The position numbers and the translations under genes were made by a program. Under the pieces are notes generated by a model that did not search any database, was not told the origin of the DNA, and saw nothing but the letters and a program-made list of their open reading frames with translations. 45,237 nt of DNA from a virus: the IMG/VR virus record IMGVR_UViG_3300043172_000354; one strand, 5' to 3'. Below, in pieces: positions 34,535 through 42,995 of the stretch. Numbering within the stretch: the first letter of the stretch is position 1; every line of letters begins with the position of its first letter.

Positions 34535-35240
34535 GCAGATATATTCCGGCAGCAGTGGCAATCTCTTTACGGTCACTGCTGCCAATGGTAAGCGTATTCT
34601 GATCGAATGCGGCGTTACCTGGTCGAAGCTCCAAAAGGCTCTTGATTTCAACCTTAAGGGGATCGAGGGTTGCTTGGTCAGCCATCAACACAAAGACCAC
34701 AGCAAGGCCATTAAGAACGTAATGACAGCCGGGATAAACGTCTATGCTCTTGAATGCGTTTTTCAGTCTCAGGAGCTTGCAGGACACCACCGGGCTATTC
34801 ATATAAGAAACAAGGATTTGATTAAGCTTGACTCGTTTCAGGTGTTCGCTTTCAGTCTTAACCATGATGTTCCGATAGTTGGATTTATTGTCCATGAGAA
34901 AGCAACCGGCGAGAAGCTTTTATTCGCCACCGATACAAGTCACATTATACAGAAATTTAATTACCCGTTTGATATTATCGCTATTGAATGCTCATTCGAC
35001 GAAGCCGTATTGCAAAAGCGTGTTGACGATGAAGATATTCACATCAGCCTTGCAAAACGCCTCTGGGGAAGTCACCTGGAAAAAGATAATTGCTTGAGCT
35101 ATATCCGAGATAAATGCAATCTTGATAAGTGTCGAGAAATTTACTTGCTCCACTTGTCGGGCGATAATATCGATAAGCGTAAAACTAAACAATATTTTAA
35201 AGACGAACTGTTTTTACCAACATTTATAGTGGGAGATTAA
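34524..35240 (+). CDS. Metallo-beta-lactamase-fold hydrolase (possible nuclease)
   Basis: The start is set at TTG 34524 (GGAGG 9 nt upstream), giving (M)KFKQIYSGSSGNLF. SHQHKDH is the HxHxDH motif. The longer track ORF starts inside the HD gene. Confidence 0.7.
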   Translation: MKFKQIYSGSSGNLFTVTAANGKRILIECGVTWSKLQKALDFNLKGIEGCLVSHQHKDHSKAIKNVMTAGINVYALECVFQSQELAGHHRAIHIRNKDLIKLDSFQVFAFSLNHDVPIVGFIVHEKATGEKLLFATDTSHIIQKFNYPFDIIAIECSFDEAVLQKRVDDEDIHISLAKRLWGSHLEKDNCLSYIRDKCNLDKCREIYLLHLSGDNIDKRKTKQYFKDELFLPTFIVGD

Positions 35241-35242
35241 AA

Positions 35243-35488
35243 ATGCACATACTTTACGAAAAGAAAGTCAGGATAGGATTTTTTACGATACTGTTAATCG
35301 CCGCTTTGCTCATGGGTATTTATTCATGCTGGCCTGAAGCTCCAAAGCCGTCAGGGGTTGTGTTGGTTCCGGTTATAGAGCAGCAACGCGAACTCAACAG
35401 GCGAGGGCATAACATCAAAGAAGATGGTATATTTGGTAAGAATACCGACCTGGCATTGACAATTGAGCTTTCAAAGGAGCGTAAATAA
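35243..35488 (+). CDS. Membrane-anchored protein with peptidoglycan-binding-like motif
   Basis: TM segment IGFFTILLIAALLMGIY. QQRELNRRGHNIKEDGIFGKNTDLAL resembles PG_binding_1. Confidence 0.45.
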   Translation: MHILYEKKVRIGFFTILLIAALLMGIYSCWPEAPKPSGVVLVPVIEQQRELNRRGHNIKEDGIFGKNTDLALTIELSKERK

Positions 35489-35715
35489 TGTTCCTAGGCG
35501 GAGAGTTTACTCTTTTTGGAATCGCAGTAAAGAGCCCTCTGCACTGCCCTTTTAGGTTTGTTGAGACAGTTGGGAAGATTATCCCATGCCTTGCGACTGA
35601 AAGAATCGGCAAAAAGAAAAGACTACAATGCCTTGAGTATGATAACTTTCCAGATAATTGCCCTTTATGGACGGGCGTTAGATTAACGATAAATCCTAAT
35701 GGAGATCAGAAATAA
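35488..35715 (+). CDS. Hypothetical Cys-rich protein
   Basis: 75 aa, TAATG-coupled. Confidence 0.35.
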   Translation: MFLGGEFTLFGIAVKSPLHCPFRFVETVGKIIPCLATERIGKKKRLQCLEYDNFPDNCPLWTGVRLTINPNGDQK

Positions 35716-36323
35716 TGAGCAAAATGAAACCAAAACATTTAAAGCCTGAAATGGCACTGGCTGTACTTGAGGGTCGTAAGAAACAAACGAGAATGCCAGT
35801 TCCAGGGCTTGACGGGGAATGGATATATTCTGGCCCAAACTGCAACGGCGATCATCTATTTGTCGCTGCTGACTGGCAGAAACGCGACATAAAAATCTCT
35901 GACTGCACTGTTATACGTAAAGCAAAGTACAAAATCGGGGACGTACTCTATATCCGCGAGCGGGCAAGGCTGATAGGCGGTGGTGATAGTGCTTCAGAGC
36001 GACTGTTTAAATATGAGTCCGACGGTTCTATTAGTGACCCGGTTGTTATTCCAAGTAGAATTAAGCATATGATAACAGGCCAGTGCTGTTCTAACGGTTG
36101 CTTCCGAGAGCTTGCCAGGACATTCGTTAAGATTACAGGGGTTCGCGTGGAGAAGATTCAGGATATACACGACTTTGACATACAGGCTGAAGGTATAAAA
36201 GGTATTTCGATGGGACACAGAAAAGAGCGATTCAAAGAACTATGGGAGTCAATCTACCCTGGCTCATGGGATCGTAACGACTGGGTATTTGTATACGACT
36301 TTGAGAAATGCGAGAAACCATGA
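35715..36323 (+). CDS. ASCH/PUA-like domain protein
   Basis: LKPEMALAVLEGRKKQTRMPV ... YKIGDVLYIRE ... WVFVYDFE is a typical ASCH pattern. Confidence 0.55.
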   Translation: MSKMKPKHLKPEMALAVLEGRKKQTRMPVPGLDGEWIYSGPNCNGDHLFVAADWQKRDIKISDCTVIRKAKYKIGDVLYIRERARLIGGGDSASERLFKYESDGSISDPVVIPSRIKHMITGQCCSNGCFRELARTFVKITGVRVEKIQDIHDFDIQAEGIKGISMGHRKERFKELWESIYPGSWDRNDWVFVYDFEKCEKP

Positions 36324-36781
36324 GAATATTCAACACCAAACGATTCGAGGAAACTGGCGAAGTAGCAATAATAGGCGCCACGCAAGCCGAGATCGTTGCC
36401 GAAGCTGGCAAATACGCTCATGCCGCGATAATCGTTGAGAATCAATCTGGTCTTGAGAAGATCACCTATGCACAAATCAAGTGGATAAAAGGCGTGTTGC
36501 TGGCTCAGATGGCCGTCCTGACAGGTGAATCAGTTGGTTACTGGGAAGATACTTTAAAACTCAAAGTCATGCCGGATAAGTTTGCCCGGGTTATGACAAA
36601 GACGGAAAGCGCTGAAATTGTACACTTACCGTCCATAGCGATTTTAACCAAAGGTGAGGCCGGGGAATTTATAACAAACTCGGTGGCGTACCTTCGGGAT
36701 GAACAGGAAATATTAAAAGGGAAACGATTCGGCGATACCTTTCATTGGGTTCAGCTGCCGGATCCAGATTTAAGGAGCTAA
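36308..36781 (+). CDS. Hypothetical protein
   Basis: ORF in operon orientation. The ATG at 36320, which forms ATGA with the upstream stop, is an equally good start. Confidence 0.45.
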   Translation: MRETMRIFNTKRFEETGEVAIIGATQAEIVAEAGKYAHAAIIVENQSGLEKITYAQIKWIKGVLLAQMAVLTGESVGYWEDTLKLKVMPDKFARVMTKTESAEIVHLPSIAILTKGEAGEFITNSVAYLRDEQEILKGKRFGDTFHWVQLPDPDLRS

Positions 36782-38184
36782 TTATCTATACTTTAAGAAA
36801 TTACCAGCAAGAAGCAGTTGACGCAGCGATTGAGTGCTTGACCGCCAAGAAACAGAAGAACGGGATCCTTGTTCTGCCTACTGGATCCGGAAAGAGCATC
36901 ATCGTTGCCAAGCTTGTCGAGGTACTTGGAGGCAAAACGATCATATTGCAGCCAACTAAGGAAATCTTAGAACAGAACCTTGAAAAGCTGATCGCTATCG
37001 GATGCAAGAATGTCGGCGTTTATTCGGCGTCGATGAACAAAAAGTATGTCGGCTCGATCACGCTGGCAACTATCGGCAGTGTCGTCAATAAGATTTCTTT
37101 GTTTTCTGAGTTCGACAGGATCATTATCGACGAATGCCATAAGGTTAACGCTAAAGGTGGCATGTACGAGAAGTTTATCAATAAACTTGATATTCCAGTT
37201 CTCGGCTTAACCGCAACCCCTTACCGCATGAGAAGTTATCGGCACTTCAAGACCGGCCAGCCTATCGCGGAATCAAGAATCATTACCAGGACCAGGCCGC
37301 GGATATTCTCCAAGATCGCTCACGTTACCCAGATTCAGGAGTTATTCGACGCGGGTTTCTTATGTCCGATGGAGTACGAATGCGATGCAGACTACAACCC
37401 AAGCCTCATAACGATGACTACTACCGGAATGGGCTTTAATCCTGCAGCACTCGCGAAATACAATAAGAATATGAACATCACAGAGAAGACATTTCTAAGC
37501 GTGATGCAAGCCAAAAGAAAAAGTAATCTGATTTTCACTGAGTTTACCAGCGAATCCAAAGAAGTTATTGAGCTATTCGCAAAAGAGGGCATTAAATGTT
37601 GCGAGGTTTCCGCTGAGACTAAACCAAAGGACCGGGAACGGATTATTCGGAACTTTAAAGCTGGAACTATCAGTCATGTAATAAATGTTGGAACTTTGAC
37701 GACGGGATTTGATTACCCGGAGCTTGCGTGTGTCTGCATGAGCAGTCCAGGTATGTCGGTTGCTCTTTACTACCAAAAGGCCGGCAGGGGCATTAGGATC
37801 GCCGAGGGTAAAGATTCTTGCTTGCTGATAGACCTTTGCGGGAACGTCAAGCGATTCGGCAAGATTGAGACATTTGAGCTTTACGACCAGAACGGCAAGG
37901 GAATGTGGCGATTGAAGTCCAGTGCTGGCAATTTGACCGGTACTGATGTTATTACCGGCAAGAATCTTGAGAAAGTCAAACCCGCTTACAAAGGCCCTGA
38001 AAAGAGCGAGTCGGGATTGCAATTGATTACTTTCGGAAAATATTCAGGAACGCCAGTAAAAGAATTAAGCGACGATTACCTTAAATGGTGCGCTGAAAAC
38101 TTCGATTCTGGCAAATGGAAGAAGATTTTCCGTACTGAATTGGTGAGTAGGGATATAGAAATTGAACACACTATCCCATTTTAA
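36745..38184 (+). CDS. Superfamily-2 DEAD/DEAH-type DNA helicase
   Basis: LRNYQQEAV, LPTGSGKS (motif I), IIIDECH (motif II), GLTATPYR (motif III) and YYQKAGRGIR (motif VI). The C-terminal ITFGKYSGTPVKELSDDYLKWC resembles a DUF3820-like tail. The start is uncertain: TTG 36745, or a non-canonical start just after AAGGAG at 36771. Confidence 0.8.
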   Translation: MGSAAGSRFKELIIYTLRNYQQEAVDAAIECLTAKKQKNGILVLPTGSGKSIIVAKLVEVLGGKTIILQPTKEILEQNLEKLIAIGCKNVGVYSASMNKKYVGSITLATIGSVVNKISLFSEFDRIIIDECHKVNAKGGMYEKFINKLDIPVLGLTATPYRMRSYRHFKTGQPIAESRIITRTRPRIFSKIAHVTQIQELFDAGFLCPMEYECDADYNPSLITMTTTGMGFNPAALAKYNKNMNITEKTFLSVMQAKRKSNLIFTEFTSESKEVIELFAKEGIKCCEVSAETKPKDRERIIRNFKAGTISHVINVGTLTTGFDYPELACVCMSSPGMSVALYYQKAGRGIRIAEGKDSCLLIDLCGNVKRFGKIETFELYDQNGKGMWRLKSSAGNLTGTDVITGKNLEKVKPAYKGPEKSESGLQLITFGKYSGTPVKELSDDYLKWCAENFDSGKWKKIFRTELVSRDIEIEHTIPF

Positions 38185-38230
38185 TTAAATTAGAAGTTGC
38201 AATTTGATAAACAGAGGTTATATTTTAAGC

Positions 38231-38326
38231 GTGAACAATATAGAAAACAATTTAATTTCAAATCTAACTGGCAGGTCTGGTCTACCCGTAAGGACACCAA
38301 CACTCACCGTTTTCGGTATTGTTCAC
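38231..38326 (+). other. 10-bp inverted repeat bracketing 76 nt in a 173-bp non-coding gap, followed by a T8 run
   Basis: gtgaacaata (38231-38240) pairs with tattgttcac (38317-38326). An inner accg-tttt-cggt hairpin is present, and a T8 tract lies at 38340-38347 just before the organiser-gene RBS. Confidence 0.4.
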
Positions 38327-38357
38327 AAGGGCTGCCGCCTTTTTTTTGAGGACTACC

Positions 38358-39224
38358 ATGGCTAAACGATTCTTTACAACCGAACTATTTGACGACCCTG
38401 AGTTCATTGAACTATCTCCGATCGGTAAGGCTTTATGGCAATTCCTATTATCAAAATGCGATATATCCGGCGTTGGCAAATACAGCGAGAAATTAGCGGC
38501 TTTTCTTATTGGGTGCGATGCTCACGAAATAAACACTCAGTTTGATATTTTAATTAAATATGGGTGGGTAGAATTGGCAGAAATCGGCAAATACTTCGTT
38601 ATTGGGTTCTGCGATTTTCAATATGGTGAACTAAAAGACACCGTAAGACCTCATAAAGCCGTTATTAAGCTGTTAATTAAGCATGATTTGTTTGATAGGG
38701 TATGCAAAGGGTATGCTAAGGGTATCGATACCCTTAAGGACAAGGACAAGGACAAGGACAAGGACAAGGACAAGGACAAGGACAAGGACAAGGACAAGGA
38801 CAAGGACAAGGACAAGGACAAGGACAAGGACAAGGACAATAAATTTCCCGATGATTCTATCGAAGTCAGACTTTCAGAGTATTTGTTTAAGCATATGTCC
38901 AGAAGGAAACCTGACTTCAAGAAACCGAATATTCAATCATGGGCAAAACATATCGGCTTGATGATCCGTATCGACAAAAGAGACCCTGACAAGATTAAAT
39001 CAGTTATTGAATGGGTCCAAGGCGATGATTTTTGGCAAAGCAATATATTATCGACAACTAAACTCAGAAAACATTTTGATAAATTGGAAATGCAAAGTGA
39101 ACGAAAAACAATTCAAACAAGCCAGCGAAAACCTCAAGGCCAAATCGACTTCTCAAAGCAAACGTCTAAGCACGGAGTCAGTTTCGACAATAGCCCAAGG
39201 CCAGAACAGCCAAAGCAAACCTGA
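38358..39224 (+). CDS. Replication organiser / DnaD-like replication protein containing a (KD)17 tract
   Basis: The start is set at ATG 38358 (GAGGA 6 nt upstream). [27 protein letters not shown] is an organiser-type N-terminus. The C-terminal ...[49 protein letters not shown] matches the phage replication-protein C-terminal domain as I recall it. Confidence 0.6.
   Translation: MAKRFFTTELFDDPEFIELSPIGKALWQFLLSKCDISGVGKYSEKLAAFLIGCDAHEINTQFDILIKYGWVELAEIGKYFVIGFCDFQYGELKDTVRPHKAVIKLLIKHDLFDRVCKGYAKGIDTLKDKDKDKDKDKDKDKDKDKDKDKDKDKDKDKDKDNKFPDDSIEVRLSEYLFKHMSRRKPDFKKPNIQSWAKHIGLMIRIDKRDPDKIKSVIEWVQGDDFWQSNILSTTKLRKHFDKLEMQSERKTIQTSQRKPQGQIDFSKQTSKHGVSFDNSPRPEQPKQT
38736..38837 (+). repeat. Perfect hexanucleotide tandem repeat (AAGGAC)x17, in frame
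   Basis: Counted directly: 102 nt with no interruption, translating as (KD)17. Confidence 0.95.
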
Positions 39225-39231
39225 TGTTTTG

Positions 39232-39918
39232 ATGTGCGAATGCGGTAAGGCTGCGAGAATGTCCGTTTATGTGGAAATGGTCGGCAAGTACGTTCATTCC
39301 AAGTGGTGTCCAGCCTGTGACGCTGAACACAGCATGAGCGATTCTATGCGAGAAGCTCACGAAAAGCAGCTTAAGATCGACCGGATAATCAACCGCCATA
39401 TCCCAGAGTTGTACCAAGACGCTCAATTAAGTCATATTCAGCCGGAAATACTCGCTCATGTCCAATCTAAGCAACCGGGGCAGGGATTATACATCTGGGG
39501 CGATGTTGGCCGTGGCAAGACCTACATGGCTTCTGCGCTGATGCGGCAATGTATCGAGCAAGGGAAAATGGCGAGACGTGCAGCACTGAAAGATATTATC
39601 GACAAGATTCAGGACACTTTCAGCAATCGAGAAAGCTACGGATCCCCTGAAATGATCTATCAGCAGTTGATCAGGCCGCATTTATTGTGCCTTGAGGATA
39701 TCGGGACCGGTACTGATGGCAGAATTCAGTCAGATTTTAACCAGGACGTGCTTTTAAAGCTGGTCGACCGTAGACTCGAAGCGAAGAAAACGACAGTCAT
39801 TACCAGCAATTTGTCCCCTGAGAACCTTTGCAATGCTTTCGGGACTCGGATTTATAGCAGAATAAGTACGTTTTTGATAATTGAACTTAAAGGCGTGGAC
39901 AGGAGATCGAGCAAATGA
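39232..39918 (+). CDS. DnaC/IstB-like AAA+ helicase loader with N-terminal zinc-ribbon-like Cys pairs
   Basis: The start is set at ATG 39232, just after the organiser stop. CEC...CPAC comes first, then GDVGRGKT (Walker A), LLCLEDIG (Walker B) and VITSN. Confidence 0.75.
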   Translation: MCECGKAARMSVYVEMVGKYVHSKWCPACDAEHSMSDSMREAHEKQLKIDRIINRHIPELYQDAQLSHIQPEILAHVQSKQPGQGLYIWGDVGRGKTYMASALMRQCIEQGKMARRAALKDIIDKIQDTFSNRESYGSPEMIYQQLIRPHLLCLEDIGTGTDGRIQSDFNQDVLLKLVDRRLEAKKTTVITSNLSPENLCNAFGTRIYSRISTFLIIELKGVDRRSSK

Positions 39919-40568
39919 AAATCTTAAATCTATATGCTGGCATTGGTGGCAATCGGAAATTGTGGGGCCCGGAACATGAAGTTACTGCTGTTGAGCTAAA
40001 TAGTGATATTGCAGAAATATACCAAGACTTCTTTCCTGATGACACCGTAATTACTGGCGACGCACATGAATATTTATTGAAGCATTACGATGAGTTTGAA
40101 TTGATATGGGCGAGTCCGCCATGCCCAACGCACTCAAGGATGATGAGAGCAACAAGACACGATTTGAGGAAATATCCAGACATGAAACTATGGCAGGAGA
40201 TTATATTTTTGCAGAATTGGTGCAAATCTCTTTTTGTTGTAGAGAATGTTATTCCGTACTACGAGCCTTTTATACCTGCACAAAAAGCAGGGAGGCATTT
40301 ATTCTGGACTAACTTTAGAATAACAAATATAGACATTCCAAAAGTTAAGGATTTCGTAAAAGATGGAGCCGAATCGCGGATGGTCAATGTAACAAAAGAA
40401 GTATTGATGCGGTACTTAGACATTTACATTACAAAAAACATTTATGACGGTTCGCATGATGAGAGAAAAGTTTTAAGAAACTGCGTACACCCAGAAATAG
40501 GTCTGCATATCTTAAACTGCGCCACTGGTTCAAAAACAAACATGAAGCAAATGCCGCTATTCAAATAA
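39915..40568 (+). CDS. Compact DNA (cytosine-5)-methyltransferase-like protein
   Basis: 217 aa. LNLYAGIGG (motif I), ASPPCPTHS (motif IV with catalytic Cys), FVVENV (motif VI), GRHLFWTNF (VIII-like) and RNCVHPEIG (X-like). The target-recognition region is very short. Confidence 0.65.
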   Translation: MKILNLYAGIGGNRKLWGPEHEVTAVELNSDIAEIYQDFFPDDTVITGDAHEYLLKHYDEFELIWASPPCPTHSRMMRATRHDLRKYPDMKLWQEIIFLQNWCKSLFVVENVIPYYEPFIPAQKAGRHLFWTNFRITNIDIPKVKDFVKDGAESRMVNVTKEVLMRYLDIYITKNIYDGSHDERKVLRNCVHPEIGLHILNCATGSKTNMKQMPLFK

Positions 40569-40598
40569 CTAACTAACAAAATTTAACGGAGAAAAACT

Positions 40599-41117
40599 AT
40601 GCCAAAGAATCCAGGAAAGCAGTTTGAGGCTTCATTCACGGAAAGCATACCTGATAGATGCGACGTTACGAGATTAAAAGACGCCGGCGGTTGGTCGAAC
40701 GCTACGAACATGAGGTTTACCAGTTCTAATCCCTGTGATTTAACTATTTACGCGCATAGGGATAAAGAGCATTTAGTATATGGGTCGTATTATAAATTTG
40801 AATTAAAGTCCACTGAACTGAAATCATTACCGTACGGCAACATCAAAAGCAAAACTGACAAACTTACGGTTTTGGAACGGTCGATCGCGTTCACAAAGGT
40901 TTTAGTTGAATCAGAGAAAAAAGGCGTACACGCTTGCTTTATTGTAAACTTCAGGGCTGTCAAAAAAACTTACATGGTTTATGCGAGCAAGGTTTTAAAT
41001 CACCTGGAAACCGCAGACCGGGCATCGATCCCGATTGCTTGGTTTGAAGAAAATGGAATATTGATCAAGCAGACATTGAAAATCAAGCACTACCGCTACG
41101 ATCTCGAATGGTTGTAG
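40599..41117 (+). CDS. RecU-like PD-(D/E)xK Holliday-junction resolvase/nuclease
   Basis: GKQFEASF..., D in CDLTIY and FELKST (ExK), with a layout like RecU-type resolvases. Confidence 0.5.
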   Translation: MPKNPGKQFEASFTESIPDRCDVTRLKDAGGWSNATNMRFTSSNPCDLTIYAHRDKEHLVYGSYYKFELKSTELKSLPYGNIKSKTDKLTVLERSIAFTKVLVESEKKGVHACFIVNFRAVKKTYMVYASKVLNHLETADRASIPIAWFEENGILIKQTLKIKHYRYDLEWL

Positions 41118-41120
41118 AAT

Positions 41121-41246
41121 ATTCCGCTGCCGTTGTAAGCCGCTGGGCATGGGGATTGCTCTATTCGCAAAGTCGATAGCCCCCTAGGTGGCCTGCTAGT
41201 TAGGCAATGAACTTCCGGGATCGTAAACCGGAAACGGCAGCGGGAT
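41121..41246 (+). ncRNA. Candidate structured RNA element (multi-hairpin, closed by a 14-bp stem)
   Basis: attccgctgccgtt (41121-41134) pairs with aacggcagcgggat (41233-41246), with one G-U pair. Inside are at least three local hairpins: gggg..ctat-t-cg/caaagt/cg-atag-cccc at 41151-41184, gcct/aggc at 41191-41205 and tccgg/ccgga at 41214-41232. No ORF is present. A TATAAT lies at 41248-41253 directly after the stem. Confidence 0.4.
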
Positions 41247-41292
41247 TTATAATTGTAAGTTAAATGTTAATTTTATTTTAAAGGAGTGCCTC

Positions 41293-41616
41293 ATGGCAAA
41301 AGCTGAAGTAAAGAAGAAAGCGGATAAGAAGTTGAAGGGCGGAACCGGCGAGCAAGGTAAATTGATTGACACAAACCCTGAGAACCTCAAGCCGTTTATG
41401 AAGAAAGCGAGACAGTACCGAGCGACTGTTTCTGAAAGGCTGGCGATCCAGCAAAGTGAAGCCGAGCAGAAAGCCGAGCTTCGCGAGTTGGTGGCAGCAG
41501 CAGGCTTGCAACCGCTTCCTAATGGAGATATTCTTTTCAAGTATGAAGATGTTACGATCACGCTTGAAGCTCCAAAAGAAGGAAAGTTGACCGTTAAGGT
41601 TGAAGAAGACGAATGA
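41293..41616 (+). CDS. Hypothetical protein
   Basis: 107 aa with AAGGAG 7 nt upstream. The N-terminus is lysine-rich. Confidence 0.5.
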   Translation: MAKAEVKKKADKKLKGGTGEQGKLIDTNPENLKPFMKKARQYRATVSERLAIQQSEAEQKAELRELVAAAGLQPLPNGDILFKYEDVTITLEAPKEGKLTVKVEEDE

Positions 41617-41677
41617 TCACGAACGCTATGGGCGGCATTAAGTTGTCGTCCATGGCTTTAATTTAAGGAGATTTATT

Positions 41678-42307
41678 GTGAGCGATAAAATATATGATTG
41701 GAAAGAGCTTGAATTACAGAGCCTTGATAAAATATTATGCGCAGGTAATTCTAAGATGAGCCGGAGAATCCAGAAGTTTCAACGGTTGACCGGATCGCCG
41801 AAAGAATATGCCAAGTTTTCGCACGTAGCAGGTGTTGGCGTTTGCCAGTACATGGGGTCCCTCAACGTCCAAGAATCAACCACGCTCAATAAGTGGGCTG
41901 GTAAGTCTGGCGTACAGATCAATCCTATGGGAGAATGGCTTCGTAATTACGACGGTGAGGTTTTTGTGAGGAAAATGGACTTCACAAGAACAGCGATGTT
42001 TCACGAAGAAGATGCTGTTTTCTGGGAAGATCACAAAGACGACCCCTACGAGAACGGTATTGCTGGTAATATGGAATTACTATTGTGCGGATTAAGGCTC
42101 CACAGGTTCGTCAGGTGGATAAACCCAGACTACACACCTACATTTACCGACAGTCCGCATTGCACAGAGCATGAGGCCAAGAGGACGCAGTATCACGACT
42201 TAATGGCTTACGACGAGCCGATCAGCCGTTTACCCCCTTGGATGTGGTGCGAAGAAGTAGATGACTTGTTTAGGTGCGATATTGGGCCGCTAATTAGAAT
42301 CAAATAA
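41678..42307 (+). CDS. Permuted papain-fold (YiiX/C92, NlpC/P60-like) hydrolase; possible endolysin
   Basis: GTG start with AAGGAG upstream. ...FSHVAGVGV...VQESTT...GVQINPMGEWL...DPYENG...SPHCTEHEA follows the His-then-Cys order of YiiX-like amidases. Confidence 0.45.
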   Translation: MSDKIYDWKELELQSLDKILCAGNSKMSRRIQKFQRLTGSPKEYAKFSHVAGVGVCQYMGSLNVQESTTLNKWAGKSGVQINPMGEWLRNYDGEVFVRKMDFTRTAMFHEEDAVFWEDHKDDPYENGIAGNMELLLCGLRLHRFVRWINPDYTPTFTDSPHCTEHEAKRTQYHDLMAYDEPISRLPPWMWCEEVDDLFRCDIGPLIRIK

Positions 42308-42337
42308 CCGTTAATTGAAATGTAAAAAGGATTTGAA

Positions 42338-42664
42338 ATGAAGAAGTTAATCGTAGATATAATATTTGCCCTGCTTATAGCAGCTGCAATCATTGTGGTA
42401 TTCGGGACAGTTATCGTCACTAGTGGCTGCATAAAATGGAAAGTCCCTGTCTCAAACGGAAAGTCTATAGTGCATGAACGGTGGTGGTCTGATGCCTCTG
42501 CGGATAAGGTCGACTTTTTCTTCCAAGACCCGAATGTTACTGTTTGGATTGTCGTTAATGATCCGTGCAGTTCGGTTAATCCAGGCAGGCTTATTATCAC
42601 TGAGCCACGTACCGGGATCAATGCAAGTTTTGAAGCTGGAAAGGGGAATCATCATGCCAGGTAA
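42338..42664 (+). CDS. Membrane/lipoprotein-like protein (spanin candidate)
   Basis: The hydrophobic N-terminus LIVDIIFALLIAAAIIVVFGTVIVTSGC ends in a lipobox-like TSGC. Confidence 0.4.
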   Translation: MKKLIVDIIFALLIAAAIIVVFGTVIVTSGCIKWKVPVSNGKSIVHERWWSDASADKVDFFFQDPNVTVWIVVNDPCSSVNPGRLIITEPRTGINASFEAGKGNHHAR

Positions 42665-42992
42665 AGATATACCAATAGGCGAACCGAAAGAAGGAGACGA
42701 TCTCAGTATCATGTCGCCCGATGGTCTGTACTTAACGATAGAAATCCAGAAAGGCGTCACCGAAGGCGTCAAGGGCCAATTCGACAGATATATAGAGATA
42801 TGCGGAAACTCTAATCTCGATAGTAGCCAATGGATGAACAGGGAGGATTTCTTAATTTTCTGCTTATGTGCGGGATTGGGCTTTAAAGATATATTACTCA
42901 GTGATATTATCAACCAAGCCCTTGTGGCTGGTTGTCTTAATGTTGCTGAATTTCATACAGAAATGGAAACAAAAATTAACGGGAAAGGGTAG
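42654..42992 (+). CDS. Hypothetical protein
   Basis: The start is set at ATG 42654 (AAGGGGAA upstream). The longer track ORF (42474) lies inside the previous gene. Confidence 0.4.
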   Translation: MPGKDIPIGEPKEGDDLSIMSPDGLYLTIEIQKGVTEGVKGQFDRYIEICGNSNLDSSQWMNREDFLIFCLCAGLGFKDILLSDIINQALVAGCLNVAEFHTEMETKINGKG

Positions 42993-42995
42993 GCT

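Noticed and set aside
34001-34651. 216-aa minus-strand ORF exactly mirroring the HD gene; likewise 19659..20255+, 23861..24424+, 18633..19166+, 30767..31330-, 42452..42913-
   Set aside because: These are antisense to ORFs with clear family motifs, lack an RBS, run against local operon polarity, and have Cys/Arg/Ser-rich translations typical of shadow ORFs.
38736-38837. Possible CRISPR array or iteron array
   Set aside because: The unit is only 6 nt with no spacers, and it is in frame inside a gene. It is a microsatellite, not a CRISPR array.
38651-38920. Minus-strand ORF encoding (SL)n, and plus-strand +1 ORF 38683..38961 encoding (RT)n
   Set aside because: Both are alternative readings of the (AAGGAC)17 repeat. 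The KD frame is the one continuous with the recognisable organiser N- and C-terminal domains.
41121-41246. tRNA or tmRNA
   Set aside because: The closing stem is 14 bp and the element is ~126 nt. No cloverleaf, T-loop or anticodon arm geometry is present.
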